Shown: positions 51,693 through 64,000 of the stretch, piece by piece
How the letters are laid out: each line of letters begins with the position of its first letter
Position numbering within the stretch: position 1 is the stretch's first letter
NCBI RefSeq assembly: GCF_001194135.2
Contig: NC_068982.1
Coordinates: forward strand, 175,421,934 to 175,485,933
Reading direction: 5' to 3'
DNA length: 64,000 nucleotides
Source of the DNA: Octopus bimaculoides
Lineage: Eukaryota
Made by a program: the position numbers and the translations under genes
Notes under the pieces: generated by a model
The model's database searches: none
What the model saw: the letters and a program-made list of their open reading frames with translations, nothing else
What the model was told of the DNA's origin: nothing

Positions 51693-54501
51693 CTATAGAA
51701 AACTGAACATCAGATAGTATGCTAAGCTACATAAGCGCCGACTAAAGCCGTTTCAAATGTGGCCTAATTTTTTTCTTTTCAAATATCGTGGATTTATCGA
51801 GGACTACGTTATTCAAAGTGCCGTGGAAGAAGAATGGATAAAAGAAAGAAAAGCATACGGATGGTTTGAATACCTTTAGTCACATGCCTGCTTTAAATAA
51901 CGTAATTCTGTATAAATACACTTTATTTATCAGAAATCGATTTGGCTGCTATTTCTAGAAGCCAAATTCTTTACAATGATAATCATTAAAAGGACACAAT
52001 TTTCATAACGCACCATTAAAATGAGATGTCCCCGCCCCCACATCCACCCTTATAATGTTTTCAGTGCAAGAGTGTGTCATTCGGCTACTCGCTTGTTTTC
52101 ATCAGCAAGCAAATTTTCGAGCGTTTAGCAACGGGCGATATGAGTACAACAAGAGTTGACTCCCTTAGATCGACTGAACTAATTGGTCAAAAGTACCGCT
52201 GGAAATTTAACAGCGGTTTCTATTGGGATATTAAAAAGAAACCGTGAGTGAGAGGTGTCAACAGTCTCGCACCAACTTAGTAAATAAAACGATATTAATG
52301 ATTTCTATCAGCGATAAAAGCTAAACACAGTCCCATATTTTGAGGGAAGATGTAGTTGTTAAGATTAACTCTAGTTATTCACCAGTACTTTATTTCTATC
52401 AACAAGATTTGAGCAACCAAATAATGTAAAGGAGTCACAGCTAAAATACTGCTAAATATTTTGTTCGCTGTTACATCAATCTTACTGTCTACCCGTCTAA
52501 CAACAATAATAAAGATTTCTGAACATAAACATAAGAGCACAACAAAACTGCGTATATGTTGGGGATAGGGATGCAATTATTTGTTTGACTCCAGTACTTG
52601 GGTGGTTAAAGACAAAGTCAACTTCAGCAAGAATTCAGAAAGCAAACGGATGTAATTAAATACTGAAAGGGCATTATTGCCTGTCTCATTACTGACTCTG
52701 CCATCTGCCTCGATATCGCGTCCCGCTCGCTGCTCTGTGATGCAACGTTAATGTGTGTATACAACAGACACACGACATCCCTTCTCTTTATCCCTCTCCT
52801 ACACGTGCACAAGCAAAATCATCAGTCGGTTTGACCTTGTTAATTAAGCAGTTAAACATAATAGACATGTGTTTTCCTGTACCATATTAACTCAGCTTCT
52901 AAATTCTTTTGAACCCAATGAACGACAGTTGTATGTGTGAACAGAAGACATACGATATAACATTCTTATACACACACACAGGCGCACGAATAATACTGGA
53001 TATTTTTTTTATTTGGTACTAGGCCCCGCCAGTCGATCCCTCGGGTTTATTGCAAACGAGAAATTGTGACGTGCATGCCTTTTAAAAAAAGTATTATTAG
53101 CAGAGCGAAATCGAGTTCTAAAATATGTCTCTTGCAGTAATCTTTCGTTTAATGTACATATAATGCTGGACAATAAAGTGAACGGAAATCAATTATGAAA
53201 CATTTCTACGGTAAATCAGTCTTGATTTCGATGAAAGTTCTCTCATATCATATATCTTAGAAAATGATATCATGTAACTCTTCAAGTTGGATAGAGATTA
53301 TCTGAAGTCATTTACTTTTGATGAAACTCCATGTTCGTCCTGTTCGTATGCAACTTTGCATCACTGGAATCAACGAAATCAAAACTGGTTTATTGTTTAA
53401 TGATTTGGCCGCTATTTTCCCTTTTACTTTGTTATTTGCTATTTGTTATATGTATATGCAACGGAAGATCGTCTCTCAGGCTCACCAATAACTTTTAGTT
53501 AACCGTATAACAATATAAAATGTTTCTTACTTATTTAAAAAGCCTGATTTGATTTAATGAGAATGGTTAGCAGTACAGTATCTAGAATATAGTAAGTAAT
53601 AATAATCAAATTCGTACAACCAATCTTATTTATGCGAAAAATAAACTCGGTTAATGTACGACAAGTTTAATGCACCGAAACAGAAAAAGGACGATGTGGT
53701 TATTAATTAGCACCCGACGAAATGAAGTCTGACCATTTACTGTTGCCATTAAATTTGACTATTGAAATTTGTTTAATTTAGAGAGCCTTTAATCTCGGAA
53801 GTATTCTAGTTACTGGATAAATGTTAAACGCACATCCGTTCATAAAAAGTTGAATGTAGCACAGGACTGAAGTAACTAACCAGTTAGTGTGAAACCTGTA
53901 GACTACACGACGTTTGCCACTGGGTTAATGCGGCACTGGTCATTGGAATTAACGCACCAACACAATATAGAAAGTGATGGTATTTAATTAACCCTTAGGA
54001 AGTCTAATTTTATTTAAGAAAGGTCTCGTAGAGATTATTGTAGTTATTACAAAGAATGTAGGCATGGAAAAATCAAAATCATCAATTATATCTTGCTCAC
54101 GGTATTAATACCGATTGGGGATGAAAGGGAAAAACAATGACCTCCACAAGATTGTGAAGATGTAGGTATTGCCGGCTGATTATAAAGATCACTTGATAAT
54201 CATAAAGTCCCACATTTGATTACGCTGCGCGGCGACTAAAACAGGTCTCTTTGATCACGATCTCGTGTCGATACAAGCCTTTTGCTTGAAACTAGGTAGA
54301 CAAACTGTACAAAAGTGTGGTGTACTCGTTATGTTCTTGGTTTATTTAGGCAAAATGATTAAAGAATGAGTTCTTAGAAAAGTTAAGGAGTGCTTTCCAT
54401 CTGAAAAAATTTTTTTTGCAAATGGTAGAATCTTTCCGTTATTTTATTTATTCGATAGTATATACTGAAGTTTGTCACTTTAATACAGAAACGTCCCGAT
54501 G

Positions 54502-54803
54502 GGATCTTTTTTTTTCTTTTTAAATTTGCTGTTTTACCCTAACCCTAACCCTATCACCGATAGAATTGTTTCAGAATCGTTTGTTTATGTAGTCGGCACT
54601 TAATGTATATCGGCTGAATGGACGTCAGTGATTGGTTGAAATTACAGAAATACGACAACTTTAACATGGAATAACTTAGGGATTTCTTTTTTTTTAAAGA
54701 AGACTAAGAGTAAAAGATGTTTTATATAACACATTCTACCAGTGTTCCAAGTTTCAAAGTGTTTCGTTAATGAAAAATTTGGCCCCCGTTTTAAAAAAGA
54801 TCC
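54502..54803. mobile_element. Merlin-like MITE (302 bp), copy 2, left part deleted
   Basis: About 240 bp nearly identical to 46925-47165. Ends are GGATC...GATCC with a perfect 8-bp TSD tcccgatg (54494-501 and 54804-11) and ccctaa repeats at about 54537-54552. Confidence 0.9.
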
Positions 54804-55581
54804 TCCCGATGTTTTGTATTGTTTTGTTCAGCTTCCGATTACCTGATCATGTAGATCTTTTGACTAAAGCTAAAGAATTCCTGCCGTTACCATTCTGCCT
54901 ACAACAAAATGATAATTCCCTTCTTCAGACGGTTAGTAGAGTATGATTCAAGGGATGTTTTGCATCTATGTCTATTAAGTCAAACGACCATAGTGTATCT
55001 CATTGCTTAACGTTCTACGGAAGAATCTCAAAAATATACTGTTTTCTGTTTAGCCAAATAAGTTTTGAACCATACTAAAAAATTACGTTAAATTTCCAAC
55101 AGTTTAAGCATTTTAAATAATTTTTGGTGGGATGTCAAAGGCTTTTGCTATATCCAAATAAATAGCATCAATATAGAAATCCTAATCAAATAAAGTAATC
55201 TATTCAGGCTTTTTAGTCATTAAGTCATGTTGAAGTTTGGAAATTAAATTTGATGCAAGTACTCAAACAATTTTTTCATATAATAGATTCTATTACTTTA
55301 CAACATAAAACTCAACAAACAAATAAAGCAGTAACTTTTAACTGAATTTTGTGAGTCTATTTTGTGAATTGGAGTGACTTTCAAAAACTTCGACACATCA
55401 GATTATTTTATTTATTTGAAATAATATCTAAATGTGTTACAGGAATGTTCGGCGATGCAATACACAATTTGCTTATTTTAAAACGCCAAAGGAATGTCAT
55501 CAATTCTTGGAGCAGACTGATACGCTAGTTTATCAACTCCAAAGGTGTGACAGTTGATTTTTCATCCGGTGCAGCAGTAAT

Positions 55582-56050
55582 CATCATCATCATTTAACGT
55601 CCGTTGTCCATGCTGGCATGGGTTGGACGGTTTCACCAAGGCTGCACCAGACTCAAGTCTCATTTGGCATGATTTCTACGGCTGCATGTTCTTCCTAACG
55701 CCAACCACTCCGAGAGTATAATTCATGCTTTTATGTGCCACCGGCACGAGTGCCAGTTGCGGACACAAGTATCTGCCACAACTACGATTTGATGAGTTTT
55801 CTTCTTAAGCACGGTATATTGCCAAAAGTCCCGGTCATTTGCCATTGCCTCCGTGAGGCCCAACGCTCGAAAGGTGGTTTTTACGTCCCGCCGTCACGGT
55901 TGCTAGTTACGCTACACCGGTATCGGCCACGTTGCCTCCGTAAGGCCCAACGCTCAGAAGGTACTTTTTATGTGCCACGGGCACGAGTGCCAGTTACGCG
56001 ACACCACTATCGGCTACGACTACGATTTCACTTGGCTTGACGGGTCTTCT
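55582..56050 (-). mobile_element. SINE family B, long copy with internal modular repeats
   Basis: Same tail as 10612; three variants of ttt(t)atgtgccac(c)ggcacgagtgccagtt inside. Confidence 0.85.
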
Positions 56051-56889
56051 CAGGCAATAAAAAGGCCAAAATATATACAAATAAAAGACGTGGTGTATCA
56101 ACAGATGCAATATCCGTCTTCACCCACTTAACTTTTTTCACATTAAATTCCGATATAAACGTAATCTACACTATCTGACAGGTAAAAATATCCTCTCCTC
56201 ACTATGAAAAATCGTAATCGTTAATCGTAATTGACACCTGAAACGTATTTGTAGAAAATTTCATTGAAATAAATCCATTATTCAGAAAGTTAAAAGGAAA
56301 CGAATTTGTCGGGGGGGGNNNNNNNNNNTGTAGTTGTATCCAATTTGCGTAGGTAAATTAAAAACACTTTTCTTCAACACCACCCAACAAATAAGATGAT
56401 ACTGGAATCAACGTGGCTGACACTGGATCAAATTTACCATTTACAGAAATATTTTTGCTGATATGTCAGTGAAAAGTAGCAAATATCTGGCCAACCTTTA
56501 TATTTCCGGAAGAAGTATAAACAAAGACATTAAAAACGCTATCTTGCGTAAGATGACTATGTCATAGTGAATTAAAATTAGTTTTGCAATTGAATCGTGA
56601 AGTTGAAACCTTCAATGAAAGATGTACAAAATCACATTTTGATAAAAATATATTAAAATTGAAATTTATAAAAATTTTCTAGACAGTGTAGACTTTAATC
56701 ATTTATTTCTTCTAGTAAATGTTACATAATCCAAACTAAATAATAAGCAACTTTCTTTATTATAGTACAGATGGATATGTATGTATGTATGTATGTATGT
56801 ATGGATGGATGGATAGATAGATATACATATATATATGTGTGTGTGTATAGAGAGAGAGTTGAATTGTAGATGTAATCACAGCATTCATT

Positions 56890-57200
56890 ATGTTGAACTT
56901 CCTCCGTAAGTCTCTAACTCCTTCCTGTCAATTGCTTTCATAATATGAAAGTTCTCAGAAAATATGCCTTGAAGTTCCATTGGGTGGGGCAAAGAATTTG
57001 CATTCTTGGTGATATATTCTAATCTCACATTATCACAAAGCTCATTTGAGCTCACAGAGTGGCCCGAATAATTGCCTAAAAGCAGCAATACTTTGTTGGT
57101 ACTGTTATGTCTGGCATTACACTTTTCTACAGCAGGATGGAAAATGGTTTTTTAGACCCAAAAACGGACTTTACCACCACTTATACACATTTAACAAGTA
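56890..57200 (-). mobile_element. pogo/Tigger-like (DDE_1) transposase fragment
   Basis: Reads NKVLLLLGNYSGHS...NVRLEYITKNANSLPHPMELQGI, resembling KVLLLLDNAPGH...FLPPNTTSLIQPMDQGI. Confidence 0.6.
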
Positions 57201-60200
57201 CTAACGGAATATCATTCAGCCTACAATGAGTTCCAGGAAGTTAAACTGTTTGACTTCCAGAGATATTTTGAACTCAAGTATGTCTCATTATATTTCCATT
57301 TGCAAAAAGTGGACTTCAAGTGAAAAATTGTTATCAGTCTAGTGGCAATGACCGAAAAGAATAAATTATTAGTTACTACCTATATCTCACTATTGCACTT
57401 GTTTAGATATATATACACATACATACATACATATATATATTTATTTATTTATTTATGTGTTTCAGCNNNNNNNNNNNNNNNNNNNNNNNNNNNNNNNNNN
57501 NNNNNNNNNNNNNNNNNNNNNNNNNNNNNNNNNNNNNNNNNNNNNNNNNNNNNNNNNNNNNNNNNNCACACACACACACACATACATATAGTGACCTAGA
57601 AAGTCACAATTTCAGAAGTAGCTACATACATCCAGTGATACTGACCTAAATAAAGTCTTGATTTAATAAGTGACTATATAAGTGTATGTACATGCACGCA
57701 CACACACATATACACACATGCATATATGTAATACACACAATTTTTATAAGCTGCAATTAAAACAGGAACTATGTAATAGCATAGTTGTCCTAGCTGAAAA
57801 TGCTGCCGACATTAAATTGCAGGCAATTGTTATCAATGAATTGATAGTTTCTTAGCCAACAGATGCTGCAGCCAATTATTTCATGGTTGTAGCTCTTTAA
57901 AAATTTTACATAATTCACAGTTATGGCATATCTTAAGTTAATGGTTATCATGTAAAGCTGTTCTAATAGAAAACTATTTTTAACGCATTAACCCTTTTAT
58001 AGACCATAGTTATTTTAGATCCTAGATAATAACTATTTTATGTTTATGCAAACAATTGTTATTGTAAACTTAGCTCACTCTGACCTCGGTAGTAATGTTT
58101 ATATACAAGTATATAGCGGTCGTAAATTGTGCCTTTAAACCTTTTATAAACCACAGCTGCTTTTGCTCAGGCATGTGCACCGAGGGAGGGGTTCTTAATC
58201 CCCTGCCCTTTTCTTTCTTTTCATATCAAAGGTGCCCTTTAAGTCAAAATTCGAAAACATATATTAATGAAACACACATTTCTAGCACTTGCTTTTCAGC
58301 TACTGGTTCTATTGTTATTAAATCAACGTGAAAAACATCACCAATGTGTGAATATTAAAATTAATCTTACTTTTGACTAAAATAATTCATTTTTCATATC
58401 TATCTGTGCAGAATTTCAGTGATTTTTGACATCATTTTCACCCAAGACAATCACAAGAAGTTGCTAAATTATTTATATGGAGGGAAAGGAAAGTTGGGAG
58501 TAAAGAGTATACAAAGAAAGAGTAGAACGAGTCAGTTGGAGGATGAAGTATTAACTGATTACATACTGTCTGCATTTTTTAAAGTAAATCTTTGCGGCTT
58601 GGTTTTGATTTTTTTTTTTTTTATAAATGACTGCTTCAAATTAGATAAATCATGCATCTGTCTCTAACTTTTTCCATGTCTATTTATTTATCTATTGTGA
58701 ACCAATATTCAGATTTCTTGAATATCAAGATTCTAATTTTGCCAAAAATAATATAAAAATTTATATTTTGGTCTTAAAAAATATAACTTATTAATGTATT
58801 TATCATCTGGAACAATAATGCTCTTAAAGTCATCTTTATCACCAACACTTCCAAACTATCTCAGCCTCATCTTCAGGATGTAGAGTTATGGGTTCTATGT
58901 TGACCCTTTTAAGGGAGAATACCCTAATTTATACAGCTTTTCCAAACAAAACTTGACTATTGCATTAGTTTTCTATATCATCATAACTGTAGCTTTGACA
59001 TATGTATGTTGTATGTTAATTGTAGCCTTGTATTGTGATATTAGTAATGATTCCATAGTCATTCCCCTTTTACTGTGGTGTATTTCATAAAGCATGCAAG
59101 TATCTTCTCTTTATGTTTTTCTATCAGGTTTTGTCAAACTATAAAAGTTTGGTATGCACATATGAAAAAATTAGAACAATCATGTTTTCAATACAGGGTG
59201 CATGCACACATACACACACACACACACTCACAGAGTGTGTCTGTTAATAAAAGTAGAAAGTGTTTAATTGAAGTGTGCATAGTGTAGAATTGACATCCAA
59301 TGAAAAGCTAAAAGAAATAGCCCTATCGTATTTTTTGTTTTTTGGGGGTGGGGGGAGAAATGGCTTATACATAGAATATACGAGTAGTTTAGGCTATGAT
59401 GGAGTTGCTAATCAGTAGATTGTTCCAGGGAGTTCAGTCAAAGATTCATCTCCACAATGAAAAAAGCTTTGTATGTTCACTGCAATGTATACTGCTTGAT
59501 CCCTGTACTTGTAGAAGTACAAAATCAAGCCATTATTTTTGCCTCGTTCTTTAATATAGTAGATAAGTTATACAGTGTTATTTCAGTAGCAGGTATGTGG
59601 TATGCTTTACTCATATAAACTCAAATCTCCAGCTACCCTGAATTCTTGCCTTGAGAACTGAAAAACCTCTCTGACACAAGATAGAAGTGCTGACACATAA
59701 CACCAAATGTGAATATTTTCTTCGCCTTGACACTGCAATAAGAATTCATGAAGAGAGCCAGTGTAACAAATGCCATTCAGCAGCAAAACTTGGATGAACA
59801 AGCTACATTTAGAAACATTGACTCAATGAGATAAGGATTGGAGTAAAATTCCAATATATCAGAATGTAGCTCAACATGTACAAGACGCAGATATTGAGGT
59901 TCCAGAGGAAATTTCTGGTCAGAGCAGTGAGATTCAAGTACAAGTCCATTTTATAACAACAAATCAGCATTCACAGAGTTTAACAGAGTCGAATCGTATG
60001 AAAGTATAATCACACATTTCTGAATGTGTTTGTTCAAGGAATTAGAAAGATTTCAAGTTGCCACGAAACTGGGAAGTAAGTAAATTTGGCAACAAGTAAT
60101 AAAGTTCAAGATCTAAATACTCTATGAAAGTTCTACATCTTCAAAGAAGAGGATAAGAAACTTTTGAGATAGAATTTCATTCATCTTACTCACTGCCAAA

Positions 60201-60456
60201 TATGATCCATTTTTAATTCTATAAGTGAAATGATGTCCGTCTTGTTTTCTCAAAAGTAAGTTGCTTAAAATGTATGTAACATTTCCAGTAATAGCAACTG
60301 GAGAATGCTCTTTTTTTAAGCTCAAGCTAAGTATAAACTGCGGAAGCTATATTGAGGAGAGAAACTTTCTGCTCTCTTGCTCCTCATCATTGAGAAAGAC
60401 ATCAAAATTATAATGAAAAACTCATGAACATTTCCAAGCACATGATCAACAGATGC

Positions 60457-60665
60457 TCTTTACTCTTTTACTTGTTTCAGTCATTTGACTGCGGCCATGC
60501 TGGAGCACCGCCTTTAGTCAAATCAAATCGACTCCAGGACTTATTCTTTGTAAGCCTAGTACTTATTCTATCGGTCTCTTTTTGCTGAACTGCTAAGTTA
60601 CAGGGACGTAAACACACCAGCATCAGTTGTCAAGCGATGTTGGAGGGACAAACACAGACACACAA

Positions 60666-60696
<31 letters not shown>

Positions 60697-60848
60697 NNNN
60701 NNNNNNNNNNNNNNNNNNNNNNNNNNNNNNNNNNNNNNNNNNNNNNNNNNNNNNNNNNNNNNNNNNNNNNNNNNNNNNNNNNNNNNNNNNNNNNNNNNNN
60801 NNNNNNNNNNNNNNNNNNNNNNNNNNNNNNNNNNNNNGTAAGCAAGCT
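60457..60848 (-). mobile_element. SINE family A spanning an N gap
   Basis: Tail ctcttttactcttttacttgtttcagtcatttgactgcggccatgctggagcacc; head remnant gtaagcaagct after the gap. Confidence 0.85.
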
Positions 60849-63475
60849 GTTGGCATCCTCATTCTTCAGTGTACATTTCATAGTAGATGAATAAAAAATT
60901 TAATTATTACTTTAGATAAGGGTCAATATTTTAGTATTTACTACTTAAAAGCTGAGGTCATCTATTTAATAGACCTCAGTATATTTCTATAAATTTTTCA
61001 TTTATAGTTTCATATCGTATTCGAATATATATACATTAGAATACTGTAATTTATACGATAAGCAAGATAAGATTTAAACTGAAAATAAAACTGTAAACAA
61101 AACTGCAATTTTTCAGTATCTTCTTATCTTTCAAAAATCTTGCAAAAAAAAAAAAAAAATTTTCGCAACAAATTTTCATTTATTTTCTTTCATCAGCTTT
61201 GTTTGTGTAAATAATGCATTGAAATTAAGGAAATTTTAAAATATTAACCACATACAATTTTAGCATTTTTTGTGTATATATATTCTCTTTTTTGACTGAG
61301 TCCTGCCGGTCTGAAAGTTGGTGCACGTTTGTGCACTTGCTATCAGATAATCACCATCATACAGAAGTGTTATAATTTTATCAGCCTTATTGTCCAGGAG
61401 TTAACTTGTAGTTCATAAAATTGCTGGCAAGGCTCTTCTACAACTGCTACCTTTAACTAGTCTGACAAGTTAAAAATCTTCACTGTTCCAAACTACTTAG
61501 CAGCACTATTTAACTTCTTTGATTTCAAATCCTGGAGAACTGCCTCCCCATGATCCTACATTACAAACTCATCTAAAATTACCTACATCAAAGTGCTATT
61601 TAAATGAAAAACACCACAGTAAATGTGAAATTTCAGTGGTTAATCACTTGTCTTTTGTTTAGCTGGGTTTCAAACACCAGTTTAACCATTTTGTTATCAT
61701 GTCTGTAATGAAATACATGGCTTCAGTGTTGCAATTAATTTTGAAAATAATTAAGAACTTGGAATGATTTAGCAAAATGAACTTTTGTTTTTATGATTGA
61801 GCTGATGTTTAAAATATAACTTAAAAAAGCTGATACTAAAAATTGTTATGAAAGGTTTTTAATCTAAGATATGAAACTAAAACAAGTGCATATTTGTTTC
61901 ATAAAATCAGAATTAGTTTGATGGGTTGATATGAAAAGTGTTAACATAAACAAAAACTGAACAGTTTAGCTATTTTACTTATTTATTTTGGAAACTAATT
62001 AAAGTATATAAGTAATACATTTTTAGAACAATACTTCTGCATTTAACTGTGATGGAGAGAGAGAGAAAGAGAGAGAGAAAGAAAGTGAGTGAGTTTGTAT
62101 GTATTAATATTAATCTTCGTTTTAGAGATTGTATCTGTAAAGTTCATGCTGGCTGGTCACTTTCTTCACATGAAAATCTTAGCTCTTCTAAACTATCACT
62201 TAGACATTTGCTAATATAAACCAAGTGGACTGATACTTATTAATATCAATATAAATTTATAATCAGGATAAACAAGCTGCAAGTTTTGAAGCAGTTGTAC
62301 ATAGATATTCTCCTTCTTGTTGATTTTTGAAAAGATGTTCAGATCTGTGGGGTAGCTAACCTTTATGACTGTACATGACTTTTCTATTCTGTCTCAGATA
62401 ACAATGTCAGGTCTGTTATATTTGCACTTGGTAGAAGTACACTGATGACATTTACGAGCAGCTGATGATGACATGTGTTAAATCCTACACAGAAGAGAGT
62501 GACATAACTGACATTTGAGGTTGCATCTTGAGATTTTAAGGGCTTTACTGTTCAATTTGCTCAAGAAATATTTCATGCCTAACACCTGCTCTTGGATTGC
62601 AAAAGTATAGTCATCTAGATGTGATGTGATGTAGCTGTCACATGTGTAAGAAAAGCTACACTTCATGTTAATATTGTCATCCCTTTCAAGTTTAAGGGAA
62701 ATTACTCATGCATAACCTTTGCTGAGGCATGTGAGCCCTGCACTTCTGGGTTCATATAAGAGGTCATCAGAAAAAGTGAGCGGTTTTTGAAGATTTCCCT
62801 ACTGAATTGCAAGATGTTACTCACTTCACTTTTGAGCTCTCGGTTGATGTATTTACTCTTGCTACTATGTCTAGTAAGTGTTGTTTGAGCAATGTCACAT
62901 GACACTCAAAGGCAGCCTGTATGGATATTGAATATGCACTGTAGGATATTGTCTTTGGTTAGTCTGTCTTTGTTCCCAATACCATTGTTGAATACGTTTT
63001 CATCAATGTATGTGTGTGTGTGAGTGTTTTAGCACAAATAAAATTGTGCAAACAATAAGGAGGAATGAGAGTATTCAATATAAACAGAGTGGACAGTATT
63101 TTCAACCTTAATGTACAATACTAGCTGATATCAAATTAATTCATATAATTTAAATATCAGTTAAGTCAACATTGGTATTGAAAATATGCAGAAATATATG
63201 AAACTGAGTTAAGTACCCCAGTTAGAGGATCTCCTGAACCATTTACTCACTGTATCAGTAAGTAGGTGAGTATTTGACAGTATACATCCTCTTAACAGAA
63301 ACAGTAAGATAAAGCATGTAACAAAGCTGGCCCTATGAATTACAAGTACAATCCATGAGATTGCATTCCATACTGTTTATGCAGAAGATGTTTGCCCAAT
63401 GTGTTAATCAGAAGAATTGAATCTGGGACCCCATGATTGTAAAACAAACTTCTTAATCACTTGAACATGTGGTGA

Positions 63476-63533
<58 letters not shown>

Positions 63534-63902
63534 GGAATGGGCAACATGTGTGTTGCATATATCTTTACACACACAGACAAGTGTGTGTATCGATATACAA
63601 GGAGAGTGTTAGAAAGAGATATCAAGAATAAGAAGGGGAGGGGGTATGACAGAAGAAAGAAAGAAATGATAACAGGAAGGAAGTGGCAAAGTAAAATAGA
63701 GAGAGAGAGGGGGTAGACAAGACATGAAGAAAGAAAAATGTTCTAAGTAATGGAATTTACCAAGAGAATGTTAATGAAGAAAACAGCAGACACATAATTA
63801 TTGTGTGATTCTTACAGGGAAAAGATGAACTTTTCAGAATGCATATACACATATGTGTGTGTGTTCGTGTGTATATGTGATGTGTATGAGCACGCGCGCA
63901 CG

Positions 63903-63948
<46 letters not shown>

Positions 63949-64000
63949 AACAATGAATGTAGAGATTAGTACATCTGCATATTTTTTTTTTCTACAATCA

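Larger units (their letters stand above)
51700..56600. promoter_or_regulatory. CpG-retaining region, candidate promoter/unmethylated island upstream of NR1J
   Basis: By eye, CpG is much more frequent here than in the flanks. GC-box-like cccgcccc near 52031 and ggccccgcc near 53020, CCAAT-like attgg near 52182, tgacgt near 53068. No TSS evidence. Confidence 0.35.

Noticed and set aside
55720-56010. Repeat-spacer-like pattern resembling a CRISPR array
   Set aside because: Three imperfect internal modules of SINE family B in eukaryotic DNA; irregular spacing and no cas genes.
57391-57402. 12-nt match to the 5' end of miR-92 (tattgcacttgt)
   Set aside because: The rest of the mature sequence and a proper precursor hairpin are absent.
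59830-60006. About 60-codon plus-strand open stretch followed by a gtaagt donor at 60076
   Set aside because: No recognisable motif, start codon or consistent acceptor.

Overview
AT-rich eukaryotic genomic DNA, not prokaryotic. It has many (TA)n/(CA)n/(GA)n microsatellites, several N gaps and tRNA-derived SINE families I recognise as octopus-type, so the source is most likely an Octopus draft assembly (inference). One gene can be rebuilt by hand on the minus strand: a nuclear receptor of the NR1J group (HR96/DAF-12-like, P-box CESCKA). Its exons are 45357-45508 (putative start exon), 9723-9887 (zinc finger 1), 6000-6117 (zinc finger 2) and 4455-4924 (hinge and start of the ligand-binding domain). 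All junctions are GT-AG and phase-compatible. The remaining LBD exons were not found and probably lie left of the window. The introns, including one of about 35.5 kb, contain Tc1/mariner relics (DD34D, DD37D/maT), hAT MITEs, a Helitron helicase fragment, RTE LINE fragments and many SINEs; Tc1 and pogo/Tigger relics lie further upstream. The least ordinary observations are: (i) a Merlin-like MITE (GG-ended TIRs, 8-bp TSDs) carrying TTAGGG repeats, in two independent insertions; (ii) two uORFs crowding the receptor start codon; (iii) a fold-back mariner; (iv) a degenerate Penelope-type hammerhead-like motif; (v) a 105-bp-arm palindrome at a gap; (vi) a CpG-retaining island at about 51.7-56.6 kb. 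I found no CRISPR, rRNA or true tRNA. No searches or computations were run, so family names come from motif recognition.
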